A stretch of DNA of 64,000 nucleotides, taken from assembly GCA_963816315.1 (NCBI GenBank), contig CAWFJZ010000032.1, positions 46,030 through 110,029 on the forward strand, given 5' to 3'. A program made the translations under genes and the position numbers. The notes below the pieces were generated by a model. It worked only from the letters and a program-made list of their open reading frames with translations. It was not told the origin of the DNA and ran no database searches. Source of the stretch: an uncultured beta proteobacterium (GTDB lineage: Bacteria; Pseudomonadota; Gammaproteobacteria; Burkholderiales; Burkholderiaceae_C). Of the stretch, positions 10,601 through 18,627 are shown piece by piece; the first letter of the stretch is position 1; each line of letters begins with the position of its first letter.

Positions 10601-10748
10601 GCATGAGCTGGCGAGCAACCGCTGGTGCGAGGCCCAGGCGCTGGCGCAGTTGGGCCAGCCGGCGGCCGCGCGGGCCGCGCGCGACGACGCCCGGGCGCAG
10701 TTCGAGCGCCTGGGCATGGTGTGGCACGGCGAGCCGGTGGCGCGCTGA
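7677..10748 (+). CDS. class III adenylate/guanylate cyclase domain fused to AAA/STAND ATPase and TPR-like C-terminus
   Basis: Start at the internal ATG 7677. Cyclase core (LTMLFADLSDSTRL...GGQVVRMQGDGMLAVFG...HSGIHAGLV), Walker A (LQGPAGVGKSRLA), Walker B-like (VVMFIDDWHWAD) and a long helical repeat tail. Confidence 0.8.
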   Translation: MSGEVAPTPPAPAGRPAQRRQYLTMLFADLSDSTRLGASMEAELYAALLQELHQLYHDGVARYGGQVVRMQGDGMLAVFGLGEPSEDDGRRATEAALALHTAVKALATRHRGDLAPGLNLHSGIHAGLVLVSEGDMLRGRVDLMGHAPNVAAKLADAARQDEILVSEGTLGPHAHRFRVSERSTLSPGGGDARLSVLRVSGLASNADRSLAGQVVGQLIGRERELADLLAALEAARGGTPGRIALQGPAGVGKSRLAQAFLEQCAAAGCTVLQGACDGVASGSPLGPFVQMLRTCLAMPQQQPASEGFDAAAGALARLGIDAASERAAWVQLLGAGDGRSDATVPPSALVAALLRLTQALAASAPVVMFIDDWHWADDASHHLLSLLCSAPKASRPRLLLVLAARGFSTQDIGLLEAFEPIELQPLDDEATARCVGQLMPQANPLQAAEVCRYAGGNPLFIEELCHRLSRGGAIVASRGNSEDAAWLDLLIESRVARLPDRLAVLVRSAAVLGFTMPVWLFEQITQCRADSDAVRALAQQDLLFPGEQPETLRFKHAIARDAIYRSVGLHQRRALHLAAATALLQRSSTSAEREDASEALAYHYAAAGDAQRAADFAVLAAQRAMRASALDRAQAQFRAALGALDGLDVNPDMARQWDLAAQGLGLACVFDPSSTDLPWFDRAIELARGAADPPRLARALYWRAYIDYALGNQRQAVQGARTALQAAADCGDARLHVQLQATLGQALVAAGRNDEALPWLERAVAVKREHRSGKGAAVGLVYSLITLGHAQADLGRFAEAQTGFDEAFALVGGVPHEVMASAKGLYAAVLLWQGRWAEAQEAATQAYRIGQQVRSLFTLSMGRAAAAYARWKAQGEAAAITELQEATAWLVPRGNRLFSSLNHGWLADALAHAGQRQAARHHAAQALQRARQLDPLGAPLACRAMAALAAREGDAAAVQRWLRRAGRCAQARGSLHELASNRWCEAQALAQLGQPAAARAARDDARAQFERLGMVWHGEPVAR

Positions 10749-10749
10749 A

Positions 10750-13700
10750 CTACGGGCGTCGCGGCTCCTCCTCGGGGGCTTCCGGTGTGATCAGCGTCAA
10801 TGGCACGGGGCTGGGACGCAGCGATCCGAACTCGAACAGCGCCGCCACCACGCCTTGCATGACCTGCAACGCCAACTCATAGCCGGGACAGGCGTGGGCG
10901 TAGGTGCCCTTCGCATCGCGCGCGCCGCCGAACATCAGCATGCGGTCGGCGCCATCAGACGCAGCCTCGGCAACGGCGCCGAGAGCGATGATGACCCTCT
11001 CGCCCTCCTTCAGCGCCAGGCCGTGCCACTCGTGGTCACGCGCCACGGTGCGAGGCAGCGCATAAGGCACGCTGTCTTGCGTCATCGCCCGCAGCACCTC
11101 CTCTCGCAGCCACGCCCATCGCGCCGGTCCGTCCTCCAGGTGCAGCCACTGACGCTGCAACTCCCACAACTGGCCGCTGGCGATCCAGCGTCTGAGCACG
11201 CCGATCAGGTTGCCCATCGTCGTCGGCGGAAAGCCCAAGATGATGCCGGCCAAGGTGGTCGGCTGGTGCTCCTTGTCAACAACATCGAGGATCGCTTTGG
11301 CCAGCGCTCCTCGCTCCGCATTGTCGGCTTGCAGCCACTGCTCGACGGCGAGCCGGACTCTCTGGCCCTGCGCCCGCCCGAGCTCGCTCACCATGTCGGA
11401 AGGCTGCGAAGCCGAGAACACGAAGCGCGAAATGCGCAGGAAGTGGCCCGGGCATTGCGGCATCTCGTTCGGGTCTTCGCTGCCTCGGCCCAATGCCATG
11501 TAGGTGGCCGCCTTGTCGGGCAGGCCGAACCACGCTTGGCACAGGCGGCCAAGCACGCCACCGCCGAGCTCGAGCAGATCGATCGACGGATCCTGGTCGG
11601 GGTACGACCTCTTGGCGCGCTGCCGCAGCCCGCCGAGCACAGCCGTGGCGACAGCCTGAGCTTCCGCCAACGCGCGCTGCTCGTTCGCGGGCGAGAAGTC
11701 CTCGATCGCCTGGTTCACCGCCTCCGCGAACTTCGCGCGGTTGGCACGCCCTTGCTCGTCTTGCCCCAGGTAGCCTTCGCCGATCGAATCGCGCATGCGC
11801 TGGCCGTACTCGCTGACGCTGAACAACACGCCTTTGTCGGCGAGCACCTCTTTGACGAGCGCAGGGTCGGCCACCAACACGGCATACGGCCGCGCGTCGC
11901 AAAGGCCACGGTGATCCTCGAGCACGCGCTTCCAGGCTGGTTCGCGGGTTTTGACGTCGTCGAGCAGCAGCGGCCACAGCAATTCATCAGCCGGTTGGGC
12001 TTGCTCGTGCGCGGCGGCCTGCGCCGGTGGCGCCTTGATGATGCGACTCCACTGCGCGAGCGCGGCCGGCGCCGGGGCCAACGCATACAGGCCCCACTTC
12101 AAAGTCACCAGCGCCTGATCGCCAAGGTCGACGCGCACCAGCCTGCCATCGACCTCGCAGGCGAAGACGCGAGAGCGGCCGGGCACCGGCACGCCGAGAA
12201 ACGGATCGCTCTGTTCAGACGACACGCCGCTGGAATTGCCGCCGGCCAGCCAACGCTGGATGACCTCGAACTGCTCGGCAATGCGCGAGGCATAGCACAT
12301 GAAGACCAGGCCGCGGTCCTTGTGGTCGTCGGGCTGGCCCGGCGGGTTGGACGGCCCGTACGACATGCCGCGACGTACGATGCGCGGCAGCGGCATGCCG
12401 CGCTGCGCCTCGCGCGGGTTGGCGCGGCGCACGTGCGAGGCGTGCGGGCATTGCAGGCCGGCCGCGTCGTGGCGGTAGCTGAAGTCGTTGGCGCCGCCGC
12501 TGCCCATGCCCGGCACCAGCGGCTGTCCGTCCTGGCGGCGGCCCATCATGCGCGCCTTGATCTCGTCCTTGAGGCGCGTGGCCTGATCGGACGGCGCCTG
12601 GTCGGCCGCGGCGTTGAGCACGGCTTCGAGCCGGTCGCCATGCTGCTGCAACTTGCGCACGACGAGAAAGCTGGCGTTGTTGAGCAGCAGGTCGTCGGCC
12701 GCGGCCGGCGGCCGCGCGACCGCGCCGTGCGAGGGCTGCAGATCGGCCGCCACCGGGTAGCCGAGGAACAACTCGCCCGGCGCCACCTGATCGCTCCAAT
12801 TCACGGCCGCGCTCGCAGCGCCGTTTACACGAGGCTGGCTCACGCCATCGACGAAGCCGAAATGGCCTCGCCGCTGGGCATCGCCCGGCAGGGTCGGGTT
12901 GTGGCTGCGCATCGGCTCGACGTGCAGCACTTCCAACCCGCTGTTGTCCAAGAGGGCATTGGCTTGCTGTTGAAGTCGCCGCAGCAGCGACCCGTCGGCC
13001 GGATCCTCTTCCCCGTCAGCCAGCACGCTGCGCAACTGAAGCAGCACATGGACTGCGCGCAGATCGACGGTGCGACGGTCTTGCGTCAACGGCCGATCCC
13101 AGTGGTGCGGATGGTTGCTGCGCGCATCGCCCAGCACGCCGGCGCGCGCTTCCATGCCGTCCTGAAACTCCTGCGGCAGCAGCGCCAGACGCTGTTCGGG
13201 CACGTCGAGCGCGCGCAGGCCGGTGAAGGTGATGGCCAGGTTGCGGCAGACATCGCTTTTAGGTGCGAACTGAAACTTCTCGAGCCAGCCGATGGCGGCC
13301 TCGCGATCGGCCACGCGCAGCAGCCACAAGCCGCCGTGCGTGACCGGCTGGCCGCTGACCTGGTGCTGCGTGGCGATGCCGGGTTGCACCTCGGCGGCGT
13401 CGAAGGCGGGTGTCTGCAGGTCATGTTCGTTCAACGGCAGCCGCTGCATCAACCACTTGATGGCGTCTTGGTCGCCGTTGCGGCGCACGTCCGCGAACTC
13501 GGCGCCGGGGTCGAACAAGCCTTCGCGCACCCAGCCGCGCAGATCGCGCAACAGCTCTTGCGCGAAGCGCAGCAGGATCGCGCCCTGCGAATCGACGCCG
13601 TCGCCGGGAAACAGCGGGCGCATGCGATGCAGCGAGCGCAGCACGCGCATCGCCAGGGCCACGGCGTGCGGCGTGGCCATCGGCGGCTCGGGCGTCAGCG

Positions 13701-14289
13701 GCATTGCCAGCTCGGCCAGCTCACGCTCAATGTCAGAACTCGAGCCTTGCGCGCGTTGGCGCTGCGCCAACGCGTTCAGGTAGTGGTTGTCAGCCACGGT
13801 GGCCGCCGAGTCGGCATAGAAGAACTGCGCCGGCACTTCGTGCTGGCGTACCCAGCGCATGTACTCCTCGAAGGTGCTCTTGCAGGCCAGCTCGTAGCCC
13901 TCGCAGTGGCAGAAAATCAGATCGAGCAAAGTGCCCAGCGGGCCCCATATCAGGCGCATGTACGGCTCCCAGCCGCCATCGAAGGTGACGTTGAGCAGCA
14001 GCTGGTCGCGCGAAGACACCGTCGGCGGCAGGGCCACCTCGGCCACCGTTGGCACAACCGCGAAGCGGAAGAAGTGGATCGCGCGAAAGCGCCCGATCGA
14101 GTCGGCGAACGGGCTCGGCTGGATCTCCGATTCGCGCGCCTGGCGCACGAGGTTGAGCACCGCGAGCACTTTCTCCAGGCGCGTGCGGTGCGACTCGCTG
14201 TCGAACGTGCCGCCGATGAAGCGCTGTTTGAGCGGCGCCAGCAAAGTCAGGTCGGTGACACCTTGCAGTTGGGTCGAACGGTAGGTCAT
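10750..14289 (-). CDS. three-part fusion: unknown N-domain + DyP-type peroxidase + cytochrome P450-like domain
   Basis: DyP motifs (GHFGFVDGVSQPRV, FLVVRKLQQ, CPHASHVRRANPR, RRGMSYG, GLVFMCYASRIAEQFEVIQ). C-terminal P450-like ExxR (REEVLR) and Cys-ligand loop (FGGARDAKGTYAHACPGYELA). AGGAG RBS 6 nt upstream of the ATG. Confidence 0.75.
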   Translation of the reverse strand: MTYRSTQLQGVTDLTLLAPLKQRFIGGTFDSESHRTRLEKVLAVLNLVRQARESEIQPSPFADSIGRFRAIHFFRFAVVPTVAEVALPPTVSSRDQLLLNVTFDGGWEPYMRLIWGPLGTLLDLIFCHCEGYELACKSTFEEYMRWVRQHEVPAQFFYADSAATVADNHYLNALAQRQRAQGSSSDIERELAELAMPLTPEPPMATPHAVALAMRVLRSLHRMRPLFPGDGVDSQGAILLRFAQELLRDLRGWVREGLFDPGAEFADVRRNGDQDAIKWLMQRLPLNEHDLQTPAFDAAEVQPGIATQHQVSGQPVTHGGLWLLRVADREAAIGWLEKFQFAPKSDVCRNLAITFTGLRALDVPEQRLALLPQEFQDGMEARAGVLGDARSNHPHHWDRPLTQDRRTVDLRAVHVLLQLRSVLADGEEDPADGSLLRRLQQQANALLDNSGLEVLHVEPMRSHNPTLPGDAQRRGHFGFVDGVSQPRVNGAASAAVNWSDQVAPGELFLGYPVAADLQPSHGAVARPPAAADDLLLNNASFLVVRKLQQHGDRLEAVLNAAADQAPSDQATRLKDEIKARMMGRRQDGQPLVPGMGSGGANDFSYRHDAAGLQCPHASHVRRANPREAQRGMPLPRIVRRGMSYGPSNPPGQPDDHKDRGLVFMCYASRIAEQFEVIQRWLAGGNSSGVSSEQSDPFLGVPVPGRSRVFACEVDGRLVRVDLGDQALVTLKWGLYALAPAPAALAQWSRIIKAPPAQAAAHEQAQPADELLWPLLLDDVKTREPAWKRVLEDHRGLCDARPYAVLVADPALVKEVLADKGVLFSVSEYGQRMRDSIGEGYLGQDEQGRANRAKFAEAVNQAIEDFSPANEQRALAEAQAVATAVLGGLRQRAKRSYPDQDPSIDLLELGGGVLGRLCQAWFGLPDKAATYMALGRGSEDPNEMPQCPGHFLRISRFVFSASQPSDMVSELGRAQGQRVRLAVEQWLQADNAERGALAKAILDVVDKEHQPTTLAGIILGFPPTTMGNLIGVLRRWIASGQLWELQRQWLHLEDGPARWAWLREEVLRAMTQDSVPYALPRTVARDHEWHGLALKEGERVIIALGAVAEAASDGADRMLMFGGARDAKGTYAHACPGYELALQVMQGVVAALFEFGSLRPSPVPLTLITPEAPEEEPRRP

Positions 14290-14319
14290 GGTGGCTCCTG
14301 GACGATGGCGGGAACGAAC

Positions 14320-16167
14320 TCAATACGGCGCGCGGGGCTGCAGCAGCGAGCGCGGCTGCGGCGCGTTTTCTTCGATCGGCGACACGGCCGCACCGTCGCC
14401 CAGCTCGCGCAGGCCTTGAAGCAGGCGACGGCCTTCTTGCACTGCGGCCGGGCCCGACAGCGGCGGCATCGGGCTCGGCCGCGCCGACAGCAACCCCAGG
14501 TAGTCGGGCGTGCCGCTTTCGCTGCCGCTCTTGACGTCGCGCGCAAAGACCTTGAGCGCCGCCAGCGCAATGCGCAGCCGCTGCCAGCGATGGCGTTCCC
14601 AGCGGCTGGGCGCCGGCGGAAGCGCCTGCTCGCCGTGACCGTCGTCACTGCCGTCGAGCACCTGGTAGTTGGCCAGCGCCTTCGCGCCTTGCGCGCCGGC
14701 CCGCGCCAGCGCGTCGATTTGCCGGGGCGCCATATTGAGGTTGAGGCCACCCAGCTCCGGCGGCAGGCCGACATGCAGCACGCGCTCGCGATAACCAGGC
14801 AGCGCGCGTTGCAGGTTGTCGCGCCAATTCAGCGCCGTCATCACCACGGAGATCAGCAGCGCAGGGATGGCTGCCGCCCCGCACCGGGCATTGGCCACCG
14901 GTTGGTCTTCCGGGCCGTCGCCCTTCTCCGGAAAACGCACCTCGGGCGGCTGGCCACGAGGCAGCTCGAACAGGTTGACGGTGAAGGTCGGGCGGCGGGG
15001 CAAGGGCCGGTCGAACATGTCCACCGGGCAATTGCTGGTGATGCCGCCGTCGCTGAAATCCACGGGGTGCGCCTCCTGCTCGTCATCGCCGCCGCTTTGC
15101 GTGCCTGGCCGCCGACGCAATTGGTACATCGGCACCGGCGACAGCAGCAGCGGAAAGCTCAGGCTCAGCCGCGCAGCGACGACGACGGGGCACTGCGCCA
15201 TCGGCGGCATGGGGCGCAGGACGCGGCGTTTGGGCCCTTGCACGACCGCCGCGCCTTCGGCCGCATGGTCGAGCGCCTGCATCACGCGCGCCGGAAACAA
15301 CCGCGCCCAGTCCTTCGGGTCATAGCAGAAACCCGCCAGCGGCTCGGTGCCGGGATCGCCCGGCAGGCGCATCGGCCGGCGCAGTTGCAGCGCCGTGGTC
15401 ACGACCTGCAAGTTGACCGCGCGCGCGCCATCGGGCGGCGGCGCGTCGGGCGTGGCGTACCAGAGGTCGGCAAAACACACCGGCGCGTCTTCCGGCCGAC
15501 GCGCGAACTGGCCGTTGTAGAGCTTGTGCAGGTGATCGCACAGAGCGTTTTCGGCGAGGCTGTGTCCGGTGCACAGGCCCCGCAGGTTGCGCGGCGCGCA
15601 CAGCAGCACGGCCCACGCCAGACCCGCCGCCGCACCAACCAGCGCCAGCACCAGCGAGGCGAGCAGCGTGCACAGCGCCGCCAGCCACCCCGCCGACGAG
15701 CCCGCCAGCGTCGCGCCGAACCACGCCGCCCACGGCAGCAGCGCGGGCACGAGCGCCCACAGCGCAAAGCAGCGCAGCAGCATGAGCGCGGCCCGGGGCA
15801 AGACGCGCGCGACGCCGCGGTGCCACGGCAGCTGCATCACCGCCAGCAGGCCATCGAGCGTGGGTTTGAGACCGGGCCCCGGCTGAAACAGGCGCAAGAG
15901 CTGCGTGCGGCCCCAACGGTCTTGCTGCGCAAGCTGTTCGATAAAAGCACCCAGGGCGACGAAGCCCTGGCCGCTTTTGCTGTGCGTGCGCCGGGCCTCG
16001 GCCACCGCGGCGGCCGTCGCGGCCACGGCGCCTGAGGACGTACCGCCGATGCTGCGCAAACGGTGCGTCTTGGCCAGCTCGACCAACAGCCCAGCGTGAA
16101 TCACCGCGCTGGTGACACCGCCTTCGAGCACGAGATCGCATTCCAGCGTGGCACTGTCGTAGGCCAT
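14320..16167 (-). CDS. patatin-like phospholipase with inserted transmembrane region
   Basis: Oxyanion/GxSxG motifs (LEGGVTSAV...GGTSSGAV) and the catalytic Asp motif (FSDGGITSN). Several hydrophobic helices lie between them. Start set at the ATG preceded by GGAGGA. Confidence 0.8.
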   Translation of the reverse strand: MAYDSATLECDLVLEGGVTSAVIHAGLLVELAKTHRLRSIGGTSSGAVAATAAAVAEARRTHSKSGQGFVALGAFIEQLAQQDRWGRTQLLRLFQPGPGLKPTLDGLLAVMQLPWHRGVARVLPRAALMLLRCFALWALVPALLPWAAWFGATLAGSSAGWLAALCTLLASLVLALVGAAAGLAWAVLLCAPRNLRGLCTGHSLAENALCDHLHKLYNGQFARRPEDAPVCFADLWYATPDAPPPDGARAVNLQVVTTALQLRRPMRLPGDPGTEPLAGFCYDPKDWARLFPARVMQALDHAAEGAAVVQGPKRRVLRPMPPMAQCPVVVAARLSLSFPLLLSPVPMYQLRRRPGTQSGGDDEQEAHPVDFSDGGITSNCPVDMFDRPLPRRPTFTVNLFELPRGQPPEVRFPEKGDGPEDQPVANARCGAAAIPALLISVVMTALNWRDNLQRALPGYRERVLHVGLPPELGGLNLNMAPRQIDALARAGAQGAKALANYQVLDGSDDGHGEQALPPAPSRWERHRWQRLRIALAALKVFARDVKSGSESGTPDYLGLLSARPSPMPPLSGPAAVQEGRRLLQGLRELGDGAAVSPIEENAPQPRSLLQPRAPY

Positions 16168-16255
16168 ACGGGCATCCTCCGGCGCAGGACTGTGCACCGG
16201 CGCGGATCGCGTGTCGTCAACAAACTTGGGGGTACGCAGGCGGCGTTCTTTCGCG

Positions 16256-16909
16256 CTACCAGCGCGCCGGCAAATTGCGCAGCAGCCGCAAACCGCCGGT
16301 GACGCTGAGGTAGCCCCCGGCTTCGAGATCCTTCATCAGCCGGCTGACCATCTCGCGCGAACAGCCGACGCGCGATGCGATCTCGGCATGCGTCAGCCGC
16401 TCGGCGATCAAGCGCGTGCCGTCAGGCTGCGTCACCGCCAACGATTCGAACAGTTGCACCACACGCCCGTACACGTCGAGCAAGGCCATGCTGCGTGCGC
16501 TCTGCGTGGCCACGCGCGCGCGGCGCGCCACGCGGGCGATGAGCTCGAAGGCGAACTCGGGTTCGGCCTGGATGTGCTCGCGCAGCGTCTGCCGCGTCAG
16601 TACGGCGCAGGTGCACGCCGCATCGGCGATCACGCTGGCCGAGCGCGGGCCGCCGTCGAGGCTCATCTCGCCGAAGTAGTCGCCGGGGCCATAGACGCCA
16701 TAGACGACCTCGCGCCCGCGCGCGTCGCTGGAGAAGGCTTTGACGCGACCCGTCAGCAGCACGTACAGCGTGTCGCCGTGCGTGCCTTCTTCGATGATCA
16801 ATGTGCCCTTGCGGTAGCTGCGCAGCGTGCCGCGCGCAGCCATGGCGTGGAGCGCCGGCGGCAAGGTTTTGACGAGGTCGTGAAGGTCGGGTTCTTTTTG
16901 CGGCGCCAT
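16256..16909 (-). CDS. Crp/Fnr family transcriptional regulator (cNMP-binding domain + HTH)
   Basis: cNMP-binding beta-roll (GDTLYVLLTGRVKAF...GPGDYFGEMSL) and C-terminal HTH (THAEIASRVGCSREMVSRLMKDL). Start at the internal ATG 16909. Confidence 0.8.
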   Translation of the reverse strand: MAPQKEPDLHDLVKTLPPALHAMAARGTLRSYRKGTLIIEEGTHGDTLYVLLTGRVKAFSSDARGREVVYGVYGPGDYFGEMSLDGGPRSASVIADAACTCAVLTRQTLREHIQAEPEFAFELIARVARRARVATQSARSMALLDVYGRVVQLFESLAVTQPDGTRLIAERLTHAEIASRVGCSREMVSRLMKDLEAGGYLSVTGGLRLLRNLPARW

Positions 16910-16968
16910 CCGGCGCGCGCCGGACGGCAGGTCCGGCGCGCGCCGCGATGGTAGCCAATCGACGTCGG

Positions 16969-17697
16969 TCAATTCATCGCGCTGCTGCACATCGCGTTGG
17001 TGCCCACGGCGCCGGTGCACACGGCGCTGGTGCGCAACGCGCCCACCAGCGGCGGCAGCACCGCCAGTTGCCGCACCAGCGCCGAGATGCTGGCCGAGCC
17101 GGTCTTGATGCGGATGGCGCCGATCTGCGCGCGCACCGTCGAGATGGCCACGCCCTGTTGCCGCGCGATGTCGATCGGCGGCAGGCCATCGCACAGGCCG
17201 GTGAGCACGCGCGCCTCGGCCGGGGTGAGGCCATGCTCGCGCGCGAACCAGTGCGTGGACAAGGTCTCGCAGACGCGGCGCTTGCCGAACATCAGCAGCG
17301 TCAGCGCTTCGTCGCCGGCGGCGCCGGGCAACGGCACCACCGCCAGCGACAGGCGGTGCTCGCCCGCGCCGAGACTCAACAACCGGCGCAAGCCGCGCTC
17401 ACGCGCCGCGGCGAGTGCCTCGCGCAGCGGCGCCACGTCTTGCGAGTGGCGCACGCGCAGTGCCGCGCCGAGCAGTTGCAGCGGGTGTTGGGCATCGAGC
17501 TCGGCGCGCGCCACGTGGTTGGCATGCAGCACGATCATGTCATCGGCCACCAGCAACATGCCGTAGTCCACTTCATCGAGCATCAGGGCGTAGCAGTTCG
17601 GCAGCGCTGCAGGCGTGGCGGCGATGCCGGTGCTGTCTTGCAGGCGGGGCCGCCGCGGTGCCAAGGGAGCAGCGGTGAGAGCGATCGGGTCGAACAT
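16969..17697 (-). CDS. LuxR family transcriptional regulator (N-terminal sensor-like domain)
   Basis: C-terminal LuxR HTH (LTPAEARVLTGLCDGLPPIDIARQQGVAISTVRAQIGAIRIKTG). Confidence 0.75.
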   Translation of the reverse strand: MFDPIALTAAPLAPRRPRLQDSTGIAATPAALPNCYALMLDEVDYGMLLVADDMIVLHANHVARAELDAQHPLQLLGAALRVRHSQDVAPLREALAAARERGLRRLLSLGAGEHRLSLAVVPLPGAAGDEALTLLMFGKRRVCETLSTHWFAREHGLTPAEARVLTGLCDGLPPIDIARQQGVAISTVRAQIGAIRIKTGSASISALVRQLAVLPPLVGALRTSAVCTGAVGTNAMCSSAMN

Positions 17698-17814
17698 GGC
17701 GCTTCCTTCTCGTGGTGCGCTGAACCGCTCAGCGCATGGGGAGAAAGGTAGGCGTCAATGCGTTCGGCAAGTGGTGAATCTGACCACCGCCGTTTGTGAC
17801 TTATTCACATCGGC

Positions 17815-18600
17815 TCAGAGCTTGAAGTCGTAGTCGATGACCACCGGCGCGTGGTCCGAAAACCGCTGCGTCAGCACGATCTCCTCGCGCTTTGCGGTCG
17901 CCGCCATCGCCGGCGTGGCGATGTGATAGTCGAGCCGCCAGCCGACGTTCTTCGCCCGCGCCTGGCCGCGCTGGCTCCACCACGTGTACTGCTCAGGCTT
18001 GTGGTTGAGCGTGCGGAACACATCCACCAGCCCCGCCTTGTCGAACAGCTTGGTCAGCCACGCGCGTTCTTCGGGCAGGAAGCCGCTGTTCTTCTGGTTG
18101 CTCTTCCAGTTCTTCAGGTCGATCTCGTGGTGGGCGATGTTGACGTCGCCCATCAACACGAACTCGCGCTCGGCCTTGAGTTTGACCAGGTGCGGGTACA
18201 TGCGGGCCAGAAAGCGGAATTTGGCCTGTTGGCGCTCTTCGCCGGTGGTTCCGCTCGGAAAGTAGCAGCTGATCACGCTGAACTTTTTCTTCGCCGTGTC
18301 GAAGCGCGTTTCGATCCAGCGGCCCTCGGCATCGAACTCCCTGGAGCCGAAGCCGATCTTGACGTCGCTCGGCGCTTTTCTGGCGTACAGGCCAACGCCG
18401 GCGTAGCCCTTCTTCTGCGCATAGTGGAAGTGGCCTTGCAGATCGCCGAGGGTGTCGAAGCGCCCCTGCACCGTGTCGGCCTGCGCCTTGACCTCCTGCA
18501 CGCCAATACAATCGGCCCCCGTTTGCTCGGCCCAGGGCACGAAGCCCTTGTCTGCCGCGGAGCGGATGCCGTTCAGGTTGAGCGTGACGAGGCGAAACAT
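17815..18600 (-). CDS. xthA: exodeoxyribonuclease III
   Basis: 261-aa reading from MFRLVTLNLNGIR. Contains EEP nuclease motifs (CIGVQEVK, LMGDVNIAH, RLDYHIAT, SDHAPV). Confidence 0.9.
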   Translation of the reverse strand: MFRLVTLNLNGIRSAADKGFVPWAEQTGADCIGVQEVKAQADTVQGRFDTLGDLQGHFHYAQKKGYAGVGLYARKAPSDVKIGFGSREFDAEGRWIETRFDTAKKKFSVISCYFPSGTTGEERQQAKFRFLARMYPHLVKLKAEREFVLMGDVNIAHHEIDLKNWKSNQKNSGFLPEERAWLTKLFDKAGLVDVFRTLNHKPEQYTWWSQRGQARAKNVGWRLDYHIATPAMAATAKREEIVLTQRFSDHAPVVIDYDFKL

Positions 18601-18627
18601 GCAACGCGCTTTCTTCGATTGGAGACC

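Noticed and set aside
10279-16035. A 1918-aa plus-strand ORF, the longest in the track.
   Set aside because: Its composition is Arg/Ala/Gly/Gln-rich and it has no recognisable motifs. It lies antisense to two well-supported minus-strand genes (DyP/P450 and patatin). This is the typical stop-codon-poor shadow frame of high-GC DNA.
17717-17737. An 8-bp perfect inverted repeat (tgcgctga-N5-tcagcgca) just upstream of the LuxR-family gene, considered as a lux-box-like operator.
   Set aside because: It is too short and GC-rich to distinguish from chance in this genome, and there is no luxI-type synthase nearby.
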